A stretch of DNA of 64,000 nt from an uncultured Clostridia bacterium (GCA_948472945.1 CAOKVX010000009.1:9752-73751), one strand, 5' to 3'. Numbered from the stretch's first letter, positions 1-10,666 are shown. Notes: generated from the letters alone by a model not told the origin. Program-made: numbers and translations.

Positions 1-1
1 A

Positions 2-496
2 TATGGAGCGCAGGATGCGTCGACGGCTGGCGGTCCGTTCGTGTCCGTCCACGTGTGCGGAGCAGTTGGGGCGTCCGGGGTATACGAGCTTAAAGCCTCC
101 GCGAGAGTTGGCGACGCCGTGGATGCGGCTGGCGGGTTTAAGAAAAATGCCGATGTTGATTACCTGAATCTTGCAGAGAATATATACGACGGCCAGAAGA
201 TTGTCGTATACACTAAAAAACAGGTTCGCTCGTTTGGCGGCAAAGGTCCGGCAGACGGCATGAATGGAATTAAAGATGACATATATACAAAAGGCTATGG
301 CAGCGCTCTTGTAAATATAAATACCGCGTCAAAAGAGGAGCTGATGACTCTGCAGGGAATAGGGGAGTCAAAGGCTGCTGACATAATCTCATACAGGGAA
401 AGTAACGGCAGGTTTAATAGTACAGATGAACTTATGAATATTCCGGGGATAAAGGAAGGCGTATTTTCAAAGATATCTGATAATATTACTGTGTAA
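2..496 (+). CDS. comEA: ComEA family competence DNA-binding protein (SLBB + HhH), 5'-partial
   Basis: VHVCGAV..GVY SLBB motif and VNINTASKEELMTLQGIGESKAADII helix-hairpin-helix. The frame is open from position 2, so the real start lies upstream of the window. Confidence 0.9.
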   Translation, partial: YGAQDASTAGGPFVSVHVCGAVGASGVYELKASARVGDAVDAAGGFKKNADVDYLNLAENIYDGQKIVVYTKKQVRSFGGKGPADGMNGIKDDIYTKGYGSALVNINTASKEELMTLQGIGESKAADIISYRESNGRFNSTDELMNIPGIKEGVFSKISDNITV

Positions 497-519
497 ATGT
501 AATAGAAAGGTCGTTTCGC

Positions 520-1212
520 ATGGCAAAGAGGGTTTTGGTTGTTGATGATGAAAAACTGATTGTTAAGGGAATAAGATTTAGTCTTGAACAGGAGGGCATG
601 GAGGTTGACTGCGCCTATGACGGTGAGGAGGCGATCGCCGCGATTAAGGAAAATGATTATGACGTTGTACTGCTTGACGTGATGATACCTAAGTTCTCGG
701 GATTTGAAGTATGTCAGAGTGTAAGGGAATTTTCTGATGTGCCTATAATTATGCTCACTGCAAAAGATAATGATATGGATAAAATACTTGGGCTTGAGTA
801 TGGAGCGGATGATTATATCACAAAGCCGTTCAACATATTAGAGGTTAAGGCGAGAATTAAAGCCATAATGAGAAGAAATAAAAGACAGGAAACGAAAACA
901 AGCGTCTCAAAGACTGCCGAATTCGGCAATCTGAAAATTGACTGTGAGGGAAGGCGCGTGTTTGTAAATGACGTTGAAGAAAACCTTACGGCAAAGGAAT
1001 TTGATTTGCTTGAGCTTCTTATGAACAATCCGGGAAAAGTATATAGCAGGGATAACCTTCTAAATATCGTATGGGGATACGATTACCTTGGTGACGTGAG
1101 GACGGTTGACGTACATGTAAGGCGTCTACGCGAGAAAATAGAGAGAGAACCAAGCAATCCGGAGTATTTACATACAAAATGGGGTGTTGGCTATTATTTC
1201 AAAGCTAAATAA
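520..1212 (+). CDS. OmpR/PhoB-family response regulator
   Basis: Receiver domain (VLVVDDE, LLDVMIP, GADDYITKPF) and winged-helix C-terminus (RTVDVHVRRLREKIE, TKWGVGYYF). Confidence 0.95.
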   Translation: MAKRVLVVDDEKLIVKGIRFSLEQEGMEVDCAYDGEEAIAAIKENDYDVVLLDVMIPKFSGFEVCQSVREFSDVPIIMLTAKDNDMDKILGLEYGADDYITKPFNILEVKARIKAIMRRNKRQETKTSVSKTAEFGNLKIDCEGRRVFVNDVEENLTAKEFDLLELLMNNPGKVYSRDNLLNIVWGYDYLGDVRTVDVHVRRLREKIEREPSNPEYLHTKWGVGYYFKAK

Positions 1213-2629
1213 GAAGTTTAAGAAATTCAGGAGCCTTGGAGTCCTGCTTTTTATAGTATTAATATTGTTCGGCGTACTGCCTGTATCAGTATATTCGGTT
1301 ATATCATCCAGGCTCTTTTTGTCATCCGCAATTTCACAGAGGATATCTGAACTGCAGTCTCACGCAGCCATTATTTCAAATCTTGTAGTTAATTCGGCTT
1401 TCTTCACAAGTGAAAATGTTACCGAGCTGAACACCGAACTCAATCAGGTTGCCGACGTTTACAGGGGACGAATCCTCATTATCGACAGAAGGCTGACTGT
1501 TGTAAAAGATACATATGGGTTTGAGGACGGAAAAATAATAATTTCACAGGATATAATAAATACGTTCAGCGGAACTAACAGTAAATATATTAACAATAAA
1601 AGCGAATATGTTGAGATTACGGTGCCGATTAAAGATTCTGAAAAAAAGGAAACTATCGGAGTAATATTTATGAGTTTTTCGATTGAGAATATTTACACGC
1701 TGTACAGAACAAGGCTTCAGCAGAATGTGACGTTTGTGATTGTGTTTACGGTTATACTGATTGTTTTGGCGGTTCTCGTAGTAAAAGCGGTGATAAAGCC
1801 GGTGAGCTCGCTCTCATCCACAATCAAAAAAATTACGGCGGGCGGCGACATAGATTCGCAGGTCAATTTTAACGGTTACAGGGAGTTTGAGGATATAGCG
1901 TCCTCATACAGGGATATGGTTGCCGAGCTGCAGACGATTGACGAGTCAAGACAGGAGTTTGTATCGAACGTGTCCCATGAGCTTAAAACTCCTATTACAT
2001 CTATGAAAGTGCTTGCGGATTCTCTTGTGGGGCAGGAGGAACTGCCCGTCGAATTATACAGGGAGTTCATGCAGGATATTGATAATGAGCTTGAAAGGAT
2101 GAACAATATTATCAACGACCTCTTAATCATTGTTAAGAGCGAGGGGGCGTCCTCCACGAGTATAGTGACGTCAGTCAATATAAATGAATTTATAGAGGGG
2201 TTGTTAAAGACGCTCAGGCCAATAGCGGCGGAGCGCAATATTGAGCTTGTATACGAGACGTTCAGGCCAATTACGGCTGAGATAGACGAGGTCAAACTCG
2301 GAATGGCGTTCAATAACCTTATTGAAAATGCGATTAAATACAACTATGACGACGGATGGGTCAGGGTATCCCTAAACGCCGACTACAAGTATTTTTATCT
2401 GAAAGTTGCAGATTCCGGAGTCGGAATACCGGAGGAGCTGCAGAGCAGAATATTTGAGAGATTTTACAGGATTGACAAGGCAAGGTCAAGAGATACGGGC
2501 GGTACGGGCCTTGGACTTGCGATTACTAGAAATGCCATACTGCTTCACAGGGGGGCGATAAAAGTATACAGTAAAGAGGGACAGGGAGCGGTATTCACCG
2601 TAAGAATCCCGCTTTATTTCCAAAAGTAG
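1184..2629 (+). CDS. Membrane sensor histidine kinase (2 TM, HAMP, HisKA, HATPase)
   Basis: H-box FVSNVSHELKTP, N-box NNLIENAIKY, G-boxes DSGVGI and GGTGLGLAI. Exact start codon is uncertain. Confidence 0.95.
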   Translation: MLAIISKLNKKFKKFRSLGVLLFIVLILFGVLPVSVYSVISSRLFLSSAISQRISELQSHAAIISNLVVNSAFFTSENVTELNTELNQVADVYRGRILIIDRRLTVVKDTYGFEDGKIIISQDIINTFSGTNSKYINNKSEYVEITVPIKDSEKKETIGVIFMSFSIENIYTLYRTRLQQNVTFVIVFTVILIVLAVLVVKAVIKPVSSLSSTIKKITAGGDIDSQVNFNGYREFEDIASSYRDMVAELQTIDESRQEFVSNVSHELKTPITSMKVLADSLVGQEELPVELYREFMQDIDNELERMNNIINDLLIIVKSEGASSTSIVTSVNINEFIEGLLKTLRPIAAERNIELVYETFRPITAEIDEVKLGMAFNNLIENAIKYNYDDGWVRVSLNADYKYFYLKVADSGVGIPEELQSRIFERFYRIDKARSRDTGGTGLGLAITRNAILLHRGAIKVYSKEGQGAVFTVRIPLYFQK

Positions 2630-2636
2630 GAGGGCT

Positions 2637-3590
2637 GTGCGTATGAGAAACAAAATATGTATACCGTTTTTTGTGAGTATGCTATGTATGCTGTGTGTGC
2701 TGCATTTTTCCGGCTGCACAGATTCAGAGACGGAATATGAATATCAGCTTTATTACATTAATAAGGCGGGAAATCAGCTTGTTCCGGAGGGGTACAACGC
2801 ATATTCAAAGGACGCATACAGCCTTGTAGGTGAATTTTTGGACGCACTTGCCTCAAAGCCGGTAAACAAGGATGTCCTAACTCCCGGATTTGACAGTATG
2901 AGGATAATAGGTTACAGCGATATAACACAGGAGGGCTATGTTACTATTAATTTCAGTGTGGATTACAGCAACCTACCGGACATTAAGGAGATATTATGCC
3001 GCGCTGCCATTGTAAAAACGCTGTGCCAGATTGACGGTGTAAACGGTATAAAATTTGAAATTGAAGGTGAGCCGATAAAAAATTCCGCCGGCGAGGATTT
3101 CGGATATATGTCTGATGAGACCTTTGTCGACAACATGAGAGGCGAGACCGCATATAAGCAGACTATAAGCGTTTCGCTTTATTTTGCGAACAAGTCGGGC
3201 AGGAGACTTGTAAAACTTCCGGTCGACGTCACGTTCGACGGAACGATATCTATGGAACAGCTCGTCGTCCAGCAGCTAATTAATGGACCGCAGGATATTG
3301 ACGGCGTCAACGAGAATATACAGGCGACTGTGCCAAATAAATGTGTTATTAACCAAATAACGGTAAGGGAGCAGATATGCTATATTGACTTAAGCATAGA
3401 TTTTCTTACGGCACTGCCCGGCATATCAAGAGAGGCCGCACTATATTCCGTCGTAAACTCGCTGGTTGAGCTGCCGGATATTAATAAAGTACAGTTCTCC
3501 ATAGACGGGGATGTTATAAGATATTATGGTGATTCACATATTGTTTTTGATGTTCCTCTTGAGAGAAATCTTGAGATAGTTAAGGAGTGA
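2637..3590 (+). CDS. GerMN-domain lipoprotein (two GerMN repeats)
   Basis: Lipobox-like FSGC after a hydrophobic leader; two repeats with AAIVKTLCQIDGVNGIKFEIEG and SVVNSLVELPDINKVQFSIDG. Confidence 0.8.
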   Translation: MRMRNKICIPFFVSMLCMLCVLHFSGCTDSETEYEYQLYYINKAGNQLVPEGYNAYSKDAYSLVGEFLDALASKPVNKDVLTPGFDSMRIIGYSDITQEGYVTINFSVDYSNLPDIKEILCRAAIVKTLCQIDGVNGIKFEIEGEPIKNSAGEDFGYMSDETFVDNMRGETAYKQTISVSLYFANKSGRRLVKLPVDVTFDGTISMEQLVVQQLINGPQDIDGVNENIQATVPNKCVINQITVREQICYIDLSIDFLTALPGISREAALYSVVNSLVELPDINKVQFSIDGDVIRYYGDSHIVFDVPLERNLEIVKE

Positions 3591-5988
3591 TTTTAACGAA
3601 AAGGCCATTGGTCGTCATATTTACTTCTATGGCGGCCGTTATAATTTTATACAGATTGTATGTCGGGCCATCAGACGATTATATTTCGGTTGACGCGGCA
3701 TTTAATGCCACCGGAACGGTGACATCTGTAGATAAGTCAGAAAATAAATATACAGTAACGATTGAAGATGTTAATGTTCTAAAAGGAACATGTACAAAGC
3801 CGCATGAAAGGCTTTTGTTATATGTAAAGTCAGATAATCAGATTATCAGTAAAATCAAAAATGACTCAAATGATTCCTCATCATTTCAAACAAGCAAGTT
3901 TAATATATTAAATGATATCGAGAAAACAGAATATGAATTGGGCAATTTAAAAATAGGAAACACGGTTGAGGTCCAGGGAAAGGCCGAGGCGTTTGAAAAC
4001 CGGGAAATCCCGGGCAGTTCGACGCCTATGCTTATTATATGGGAAAGGGCTATGCTTATAAGGTGTTAGCTGACAGATGTAATATTATAGACGGCAAAGT
4101 GAGCTGCAGGGAGTATCTTAGGAATATAGCCGACTATTGTACTATCCTTTATGAAAAGTATCTTCCTGAAAACGAAGCGGGAATACTCTCGGCAATGATA
4201 TTTGGACGGAAAAACCATTTGTCATATGAGGACAGGGAGCTCTATAAAATAAACGGTCTAATGCATATTCTTGCCGTCTCGGGAATGCACATAGAAACAA
4301 TGTCGTTAATTTTTCTTTTTATAATGACTAAGCTACCGGTTAATTTCAGGGTCGGTCGGATTTTTCTGTTTATTATCCTTGTTTTATATGGAATTATTAC
4401 AGGATTTGGTGTGTCGTGTATAAGGGCTGTGATAATGTGTGGATTAAAGATTACGGCTGAACTTGTCGGAAAAACTTATGACGTTCTGTCTGCTATTTCA
4501 TTTGCAGCCGTAATAACGCTCTTAATCAATCCGGCAAACCTGTTTCGCTGTGATTTTATCCTGTCTTATATTGCGGTTACGGCTATCGCCGTAGTGTATC
4601 CCGCTCTGGAGCGTGGGATGAATATCGGGACGGAAAGCCGTGGACCGATTTATAATATAATTGTAAAGCCCATGCTGTTTGGAGTTTGTATAAATATAAC
4701 CACATTACCAATGATATTATTTTTTTATTATGACGCAGCGCTTTATTCTGTCTTTATTAGCATTATTATAGTTCCTTTAATTTCCGTACTTTTTTTGAGT
4801 GGAATTCTATGCGCGGTATTTGGTGGAATTTTTCCGCCCGCAGGTATGTTTTTGGCGGGAGGCATTCATTTCATTCTGTCATTTTACAGAGTTATATGTG
4901 AATGGTGCATAGATAATTTGTATGGAATACGTATTATAGGATATCCCGGCGCTGTCAAGATGATATTATGCTATTTCGTAATAGCGGCTGCTGTATGCGC
5001 CGTGCGCCGTATAAATAACAGACGCGCATGTATATTTTTATGCGCGGTGTTTGTCATATTTCCGGTATACATATTGAGTTATAGCAGAGACGTCGGAGTA
5101 AAAATAACATTTTTAGACGTGGGACAGGGCGACGGGATTGTAATACGTATGCCGGACGGCAAAGTTGTCTGCGTTGACGGGGGAAGTACCGATGTCGGCG
5201 GTCTTTCAAAATACAGAATTGAGCCGTATCTCAGCTATGAGGGTATACGACATATTGATTACTGGATTGTGACGCACATTGACAGTGACCACTACTCGGG
5301 GCTGAAAGAACTCCTTGAGCGCCGCAGATATAACGGCGTTGTAATAGATAATATTGTAATAGCCGATACTAAAATATGCCGCGGTGAATTTTTTAATGTA
5401 TTTTCTGATGTGCTTTCTGATATGAAGACCGAGACATCTGCTGATATGCTTTCAGATTTGATATCTTATGTATCTAATGATGTGATTGATGATATTCCTG
5501 ATATTTTATATATTGACAATAATGACAGCCTTGAGTTTGGGGATGCAGTTTTGCGTTGCTTAAGTCCTGTTTCATCTGTGTCGCCGGGGTGTGGTGCGTC
5601 TTATAAATATAATAATCAAAATGAAAGCTCTATAGTCTTTGAATTATCATATGGAAGTTTTAATGCGCTATTTACCGGGGATATCGAGGGAGAATCGGAG
5701 GATAAGCTTCACATTGATACCGGTAAAAGATATGAACTATTGAAAGTTGCACATCACGGCTCTAAAAATTCTACGTCCGAAACATTTTTGCAAAAATTTT
5801 TATGCAGTGATGCGGTAATCTCATATGGAAAGAAAAACAGATACGGGCATCCGCACCGGGAAACGGTGGAGCGTTTAAAAACATATGGTATTAATGTACA
5901 TAACACTGCCGAGGGCGGTGCGGTTACTGTCAGAGTGGTCGGAAACGGTTATAAAATAGAGGAAAATCTTCTCAATCAGGAGAAATAA
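3587..5988 (+). pseudogene. comEC: ComEC/Rec2 DNA-uptake channel split by a 1-nt frameshift near 3996-4002 (true pseudogene or sequencing error)
   Basis: ORF 3587..4069 holds the N-terminal TM/OB part. The NPGQFD..Y motif begins in the other frame at 4003 and continues into ORF 4039..5988 (HILAVSGMH competence domain; DVGQGD, THIDSDH and KVAHHGS metallo-beta-lactamase domain). Confidence 0.85.
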
Positions 5989-6067
5989 ATAATTGTGTTA
6001 TAATAAAAATGGTGTTATGATATTATACATCATGGTATAAAGAGTAGTAAAATGTGGAGGATTAACG

Positions 6068-6715
6068 ATGTCAGCAGTGTCAATACCGGAATATAAACTA
6101 TCAGAGGAGCTTATGAATTCAATAACACACGGTATAGGCGCGGGACTTGCCGTGGCTGCGCTTGTGCTTTGCGTTATTAAATCGGCTGTGCACGGTGACC
6201 CGTGGGCTGTTGTCGGAAGCTGCCTGTACGGATTTGGTACGATAATGGTGTACGTAATATCATGTGTGTACCACGCGCTTAAAAGAAACAGGGGCAAAAA
6301 GGTGCTTCGCGTGATAGACCACTGCGATATATTTTTTATGATTGCATGTACATATATGCCCTACTGTCTTGTATCGCTGAGAGGCGTTACGGGCTGGATT
6401 ATGTTTGGCGTTATATGGGGACTTGCTTCTCTTGGAATAGTATTCAATGCGATTGATTTGGAAAAGTATGAGAAGATATCCGTAGTTGTGTATGTAGTCC
6501 TCGGATGGGGAGTAATCGTATTGTATAAACCGCTTGTCGACGTCGTTACTTTTACCGGAGTAATGTATCTTATTGTCGGGGGGATTTTATATACCGCAGG
6601 AGCGGTCATATACGCTATAGGTGAAAAAATAAGGTATATGCACTCGGTGTTCCACCTTTTTGTAATTGCGGGAAGTATATTTCAGTTTTTTTCAATCTAC
6701 AATTATGTAATATAA
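6068..6715 (+). CDS. Hemolysin III / PAQR family membrane protein
   Basis: EELMNSITHG, SCVYHAL, DHCDIFFMIACTYMP, HSVFHLFV; multiple TM helices. Confidence 0.9.
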   Translation: MSAVSIPEYKLSEELMNSITHGIGAGLAVAALVLCVIKSAVHGDPWAVVGSCLYGFGTIMVYVISCVYHALKRNRGKKVLRVIDHCDIFFMIACTYMPYCLVSLRGVTGWIMFGVIWGLASLGIVFNAIDLEKYEKISVVVYVVLGWGVIVLYKPLVDVVTFTGVMYLIVGGILYTAGAVIYAIGEKIRYMHSVFHLFVIAGSIFQFFSIYNYVI

Positions 6716-6736
6716 AATATTTAAACAAAAATTATT

Positions 6737-6775
6737 AAAGCTTACAGAAGAATATAACTTTTGTAGGCTTTTTTT
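6737..6775 (+). terminator. Rho-independent terminator
   Basis: AAGCTTACAGAAG-loop-CTTTTGTAGGCTT followed by a T run, just after the hemolysin III stop. Confidence 0.7.
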
Positions 6776-6936
6776 ATACGTTTTTGCGTTTTAGTTTACA
6801 CATATAAACGAATATTGTTTTAAAAATTAGAAAATAATAATTCGTAAAATGGTAGAATAGAGAATAATCCATTACCCTCAAAAGAGGATAATTGGATTGT
6901 ACGTTGTATATATGTTTAAACATGAAAAAATGTTTT

Positions 6937-6943
6937 TTCGACA
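6937..6943. promoter_or_regulatory. Possible Spo0A box (TTCGACA = reverse complement of TGTCGAA)
   Basis: Exact 7-mer 30 bp upstream of the yyaL-like start. A 7-mer can occur by chance. Confidence 0.35.
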
Positions 6944-6973
6944 AGCAATAATGTAAGAAAACGAGGTATTTAA

Positions 6974-8989
6974 ATGGCAAACAGGCTTGCGGGTGAAAAA
7001 TCACCCTATCTCTTACAACATAAAGATAATCCGGTAAAATGGTTTCCCTGGTGCAAAGAGGCCTTTGATAGAGCAAAAAAAGATGATAAACCGATTTTTT
7101 TAAGCATCGGTTACTCGACCTGCCATTGGTGTCATGTGATGGCGCATGAGTCATTTGAAGACTTGGAGATTGCCGGACTGCTCGACGATTATATATGTAT
7201 CAAAGTTGACCGTGAGGAGAGGCCGGATATTGATTCGGTATATATGTCCGTATGCCAGGCGCTGACCGGCTCGGGCGGCTGGCCGCTGACAATTTTCATG
7301 ACCCCGGAACAGAAACCGTTTTTTGCCGGGACATACTTTCCGAAAAAAGACCGCTATGGTCAGATGGGACTTTCCGGGCTGCTTAAACAGATAACTTATC
7401 TCTGGAAGTCAGAGCGCGGAAAACTGCTTTATTCGAGCGAACAGGTAACATCGGCAATAAAAAAATTTCAATCATCTGACAATGCGGCGCCTGATAAAGC
7501 TATTTTTGAAGACGCATATCGACGCCTTTTGCGTGATTTTGACTCTGACTGGGGAGGATTTGGATCGGCTCCTAAATTTCCTACTCCTCACAATCTGCTT
7601 TTTCTCATGAGGATGTACGAATCGGAAAATGTCCCGGAGATGCTGAAAATGGCGGAGATTACATTGAAAGCTATGGCTGACGGTGGAATCTTCGACCATA
7701 TCGGAGGAGGGTTTTCACGTTATTCAACTGACAAGAAGTGGCTTGTACCACATTTTGAAAAGATGTTGTATGACAATGCCCTGCTGATGTCAGCCTATCT
7801 AGAAGCATTTCAGATTACAAAAAATCCTTTCTATGCGGACATATCAAACCGGACCGCAGGCTATATCTTGGAAGAACTGACCGCCGCTGACGGCGGATTT
7901 TATTGCGGGCAGGATGCCGACAGCGACGGGATTGAGGGAAAATATTATGTGTTTAAGCCTGAAGAAATTGTAAACGTACTCGGAGTGCAGGATGGAAACG
8001 CTTTCTGTGAGGCATATAATATATCGGAACATGGAAATTTTGAAGGAAAAAATATACCAAACCGTATCAAGAAATATGACAGGGCTTGGAGCGCGGATGA
8101 TAACAGGCTGAAACGGCTTTTTGAATATAGAAAAGAGCGGACTCGCCTTCATCTTGACGATAAGATTCTTTTGTCCTGGAACGCATGGACGATTATAGCG
8201 TTAGCAAGAGCCGGCCTTATTCTCGGCAATACCCGCTATACTGACGCCGCGGTTAGGGCGCAGAATTTTATTCACTCAAATATGACGGATGAAAAAAACA
8301 GGTTATTTTTGCGCTATTGTGACGGCGAGGCCGCCCACGACGGCCAGCTGGACGATTATGCCGTATACGCGCTGGCTTTGTTTGAACTATACCGCTGCAC
8401 TTTCGAAGCTGAACATTTAAAAGAGGCGGTATTGCGTGCAAAACAGATGATTAAATATTTTGAAGACAAAGAAAACGGAGGGTATTTCCTGACCGCCCAT
8501 GACGCTGAAAAATTGATTATAAGGCTAAAAGAAACTTACGACGGGGCGATTCCGTCCGGTAACGCCGTCGCCGAAATGGTTTTGGAGGAGCTCGCATCCC
8601 TTACGGGAGATACACAGTTTAGGGAGGCCGCAGACAGACAGCATCAATTTATGGCGGGACAGGTTAAAGGCTATCCGTCGTCCCACTGTTTTGCTTTAAT
8701 TGCTATGACAAAGCAGTTCTATCCGCACAGGGAGCTCATTTGCTGCGGTACCGAACCGCCTGCTGAACTCTGCGAATATTTGAAAGGTCATCCGTCACAT
8801 GATTTGAGTGTTATTTTCAAATCCGCAGAAAATAGCAGTGATTTGTCTGAGGCTGCCCCGTTTACAGCAGATTACCCGGCGTCGGTCCGTACGGTATGGT
8901 ATCTCTGTGAAAACGGTGCCTGTAAAGCCCCGCAGGACGATTTTAGTAAATTGAACCTAGCGTCGACGAGATGGGAAAAAGACAGATGA
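6974..8989 (+). CDS. Thioredoxin-domain protein, YyaL/SSP411 (DUF255) family
   Basis: [60 protein letters not shown]. Confidence 0.92.
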   Translation: MANRLAGEKSPYLLQHKDNPVKWFPWCKEAFDRAKKDDKPIFLSIGYSTCHWCHVMAHESFEDLEIAGLLDDYICIKVDREERPDIDSVYMSVCQALTGSGGWPLTIFMTPEQKPFFAGTYFPKKDRYGQMGLSGLLKQITYLWKSERGKLLYSSEQVTSAIKKFQSSDNAAPDKAIFEDAYRRLLRDFDSDWGGFGSAPKFPTPHNLLFLMRMYESENVPEMLKMAEITLKAMADGGIFDHIGGGFSRYSTDKKWLVPHFEKMLYDNALLMSAYLEAFQITKNPFYADISNRTAGYILEELTAADGGFYCGQDADSDGIEGKYYVFKPEEIVNVLGVQDGNAFCEAYNISEHGNFEGKNIPNRIKKYDRAWSADDNRLKRLFEYRKERTRLHLDDKILLSWNAWTIIALARAGLILGNTRYTDAAVRAQNFIHSNMTDEKNRLFLRYCDGEAAHDGQLDDYAVYALALFELYRCTFEAEHLKEAVLRAKQMIKYFEDKENGGYFLTAHDAEKLIIRLKETYDGAIPSGNAVAEMVLEELASLTGDTQFREAADRQHQFMAGQVKGYPSSHCFALIAMTKQFYPHRELICCGTEPPAELCEYLKGHPSHDLSVIFKSAENSSDLSEAAPFTADYPASVRTVWYLCENGACKAPQDDFSKLNLASTRWEKDR

Positions 8990-9097
8990 AAGTCGGTTCT
9001 GCGATCTGCTCATAGTGATTTTAAGCGTATTCAAGAAAGATGAATGAGGCGTACAGAGACGTACGCCGATTGAAGATGACTCTGAAAACGCTTGAGT

Positions 9098-9104
9098 CAT
9101 ACTA
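9098..9104 (+). promoter_or_regulatory. Possible forespore sigma (SigG/SigF-type) -10 element CATACTA upstream of Ku
   Basis: Exact CATACTA 23 bp before the Ku start; the matching -35 is poor. Confidence 0.3.
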
Positions 9105-9126
9105 ATGTTTATGGGAAAGGGGTGTT

Positions 9127-9639
9127 TTGATGGCTGTGTCGCGCAGAGGAGCAATTTCTTTCGGCATGGTGCATATTCCGGTAGGATTATACACTGCCAC
9201 ACAGGATAATGTTCCCGAACAGGGTGGAGATAAGGCATTCGAGCTGTTGAGGCGTGCGATGAAAGATGAAAATAAAATTGCCGTGGCAAAGACCGTAATG
9301 GGAACAAAAGGGAAACTGCTGGCGCTTATTCCAACGGATAACGGTATTTTAATTGAGACCCTTTTCTTTGCCGACGAGGTTAAGGAGGCTCCGAAAGAAG
9401 CAGAGCATACAGAAGTAAACGAGTCGGAGCTGCAGATGGCAAAAACTCTTGTAAACGCTATGGTAAAGGAATTTGAGCCTGAACAGTACAAGGACGAATA
9501 CCGTGAAAAGCTTTGGGAAATAATTAACGGTAAAATACAGGGAAACGAGGTTACTGCTCCTACGGAAACCGTTAACAACGTGATTGATTTGATGGAGGCT
9601 CTTAAACAAAGCATATCAAAGGCGGGGGCGGCACAGTGA
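9127..9639 (+). CDS. ku: Prokaryotic Ku (NHEJ) protein with a large in-frame internal deletion
   Basis: N-terminal GAISFGMVHIPVGLYTAT joined directly to VPEQGGDKAFELLRRAM, then YKDEYREKL and VIDLMEALKQSI; only 170 aa. Confidence 0.88.
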   Translation: MMAVSRRGAISFGMVHIPVGLYTATQDNVPEQGGDKAFELLRRAMKDENKIAVAKTVMGTKGKLLALIPTDNGILIETLFFADEVKEAPKEAEHTEVNESELQMAKTLVNAMVKEFEPEQYKDEYREKLWEIINGKIQGNEVTAPTETVNNVIDLMEALKQSISKAGAAQ

Positions 9640-10580
9640 ACGATTTATTTGAACAAAAAAGTATAAAACCAATGTTAATCGGCTCTGAGAAAGGAGCGTT
9701 CGATTCGCCGGATTATCTGTATGAGTTAAAGATAGATGGGGAGCGCTGTATTGCCTATCTCGACCCGGAGACCGGAACAGAACTAAAAAATAAACGAAAT
9801 TTAAAAATGCTGCCGAAAGTTCCTGAGCTTGCAGATATTCACAGACATATAAACTGCCGATGTATTCTCGACGGAGAGCTTGCTGTTATAAAAGACGGTA
9901 AACCGGATTTTTATGAAATACAGCGCCGTTCTCTTATGAGCAATACGATAAAGATTGAGCTTGCCTCCCGAAAATATCCTGCCAGTTTTACCGCTTTTGA
10001 TATTTTATACTACAATGACCGTTCAGTCTGTGAACTTCCGCTGACCGAAAGGAAAGAATTACTTAAAAAAGCCGTCTTTGAGGAAACGGCCCGGTTCGCT
10101 GTTTCAAGAGTTATTGAAAACAGAGGAATTGCATTTTATGAGCTTGCCAAATCACAGAATTTAGAAGGTATTGTTGCAAAGCGTAAAGACAGTCTTTACT
10201 ACTTTGGAAAAAGTACGAAAGACTGGATTAAATGCAAGAATCTAAAAGACGACGATTATGTAGTTTGTGGTTATATTCCAAAGAACAACGGAATGACAAG
10301 TATTATACTCGGACAGTACGCGGATGGAATATTAAAATATAAAGGTCATGTCACGCTCGGAGTTGGGGGCGAGGGTTTTGGTAAAATAAGGGAACAGCCT
10401 AGACTGGGCAGCCCATGTTTTAAAATACCTCCCGGGAATGAGGATGCCGTATGGGTGGAGCCTTCGCTTTGCTGTACGGTTAAATATATGGATAAAATGC
10501 AGTCAGGCGGCCTTAGGCAGCCCGTTTTTAAAGGTCTGCGTGAAGACAAAATGCCGGAGGAATGCGTAGACAAAAATTAA
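9636..10580 (+). CDS. ATP-dependent DNA ligase (LigD ligase-domain type, no polymerase or phosphoesterase domain)
   Basis: ELKIDGER (KxDG), LDGEL, AFDILY, EGIVAKRKDSLY, WIKCK, LRQPVFKGLREDK; overlaps the Ku stop (GTGA). Confidence 0.9.
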   Translation: MNDLFEQKSIKPMLIGSEKGAFDSPDYLYELKIDGERCIAYLDPETGTELKNKRNLKMLPKVPELADIHRHINCRCILDGELAVIKDGKPDFYEIQRRSLMSNTIKIELASRKYPASFTAFDILYYNDRSVCELPLTERKELLKKAVFEETARFAVSRVIENRGIAFYELAKSQNLEGIVAKRKDSLYYFGKSTKDWIKCKNLKDDDYVVCGYIPKNNGMTSIILGQYADGILKYKGHVTLGVGGEGFGKIREQPRLGSPCFKIPPGNEDAVWVEPSLCCTVKYMDKMQSGGLRQPVFKGLREDKMPEECVDKN

Positions 10581-10666
10581 TGATGGTATAATTGCTGCTA
10601 AGTTAGGGCATAATAATGCATGATTCAATCAACATTTATATTGTAATAGTAAGGGGGTTTATTATT

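Noticed and set aside
6857-6897. Hairpin AATCCATTACCCTC-AAAA-GAGGATAATTGGATT upstream of yyaL
   Set aside because: A single imperfect hairpin with no riboswitch consensus and no U tail; not enough to assign.
10580-10666. CIRCE or CtsR operator upstream of hsp20
   Set aside because: No TTAGCACTC-N9-GAGTGCTAA or GGTCAAA-type repeats are present.
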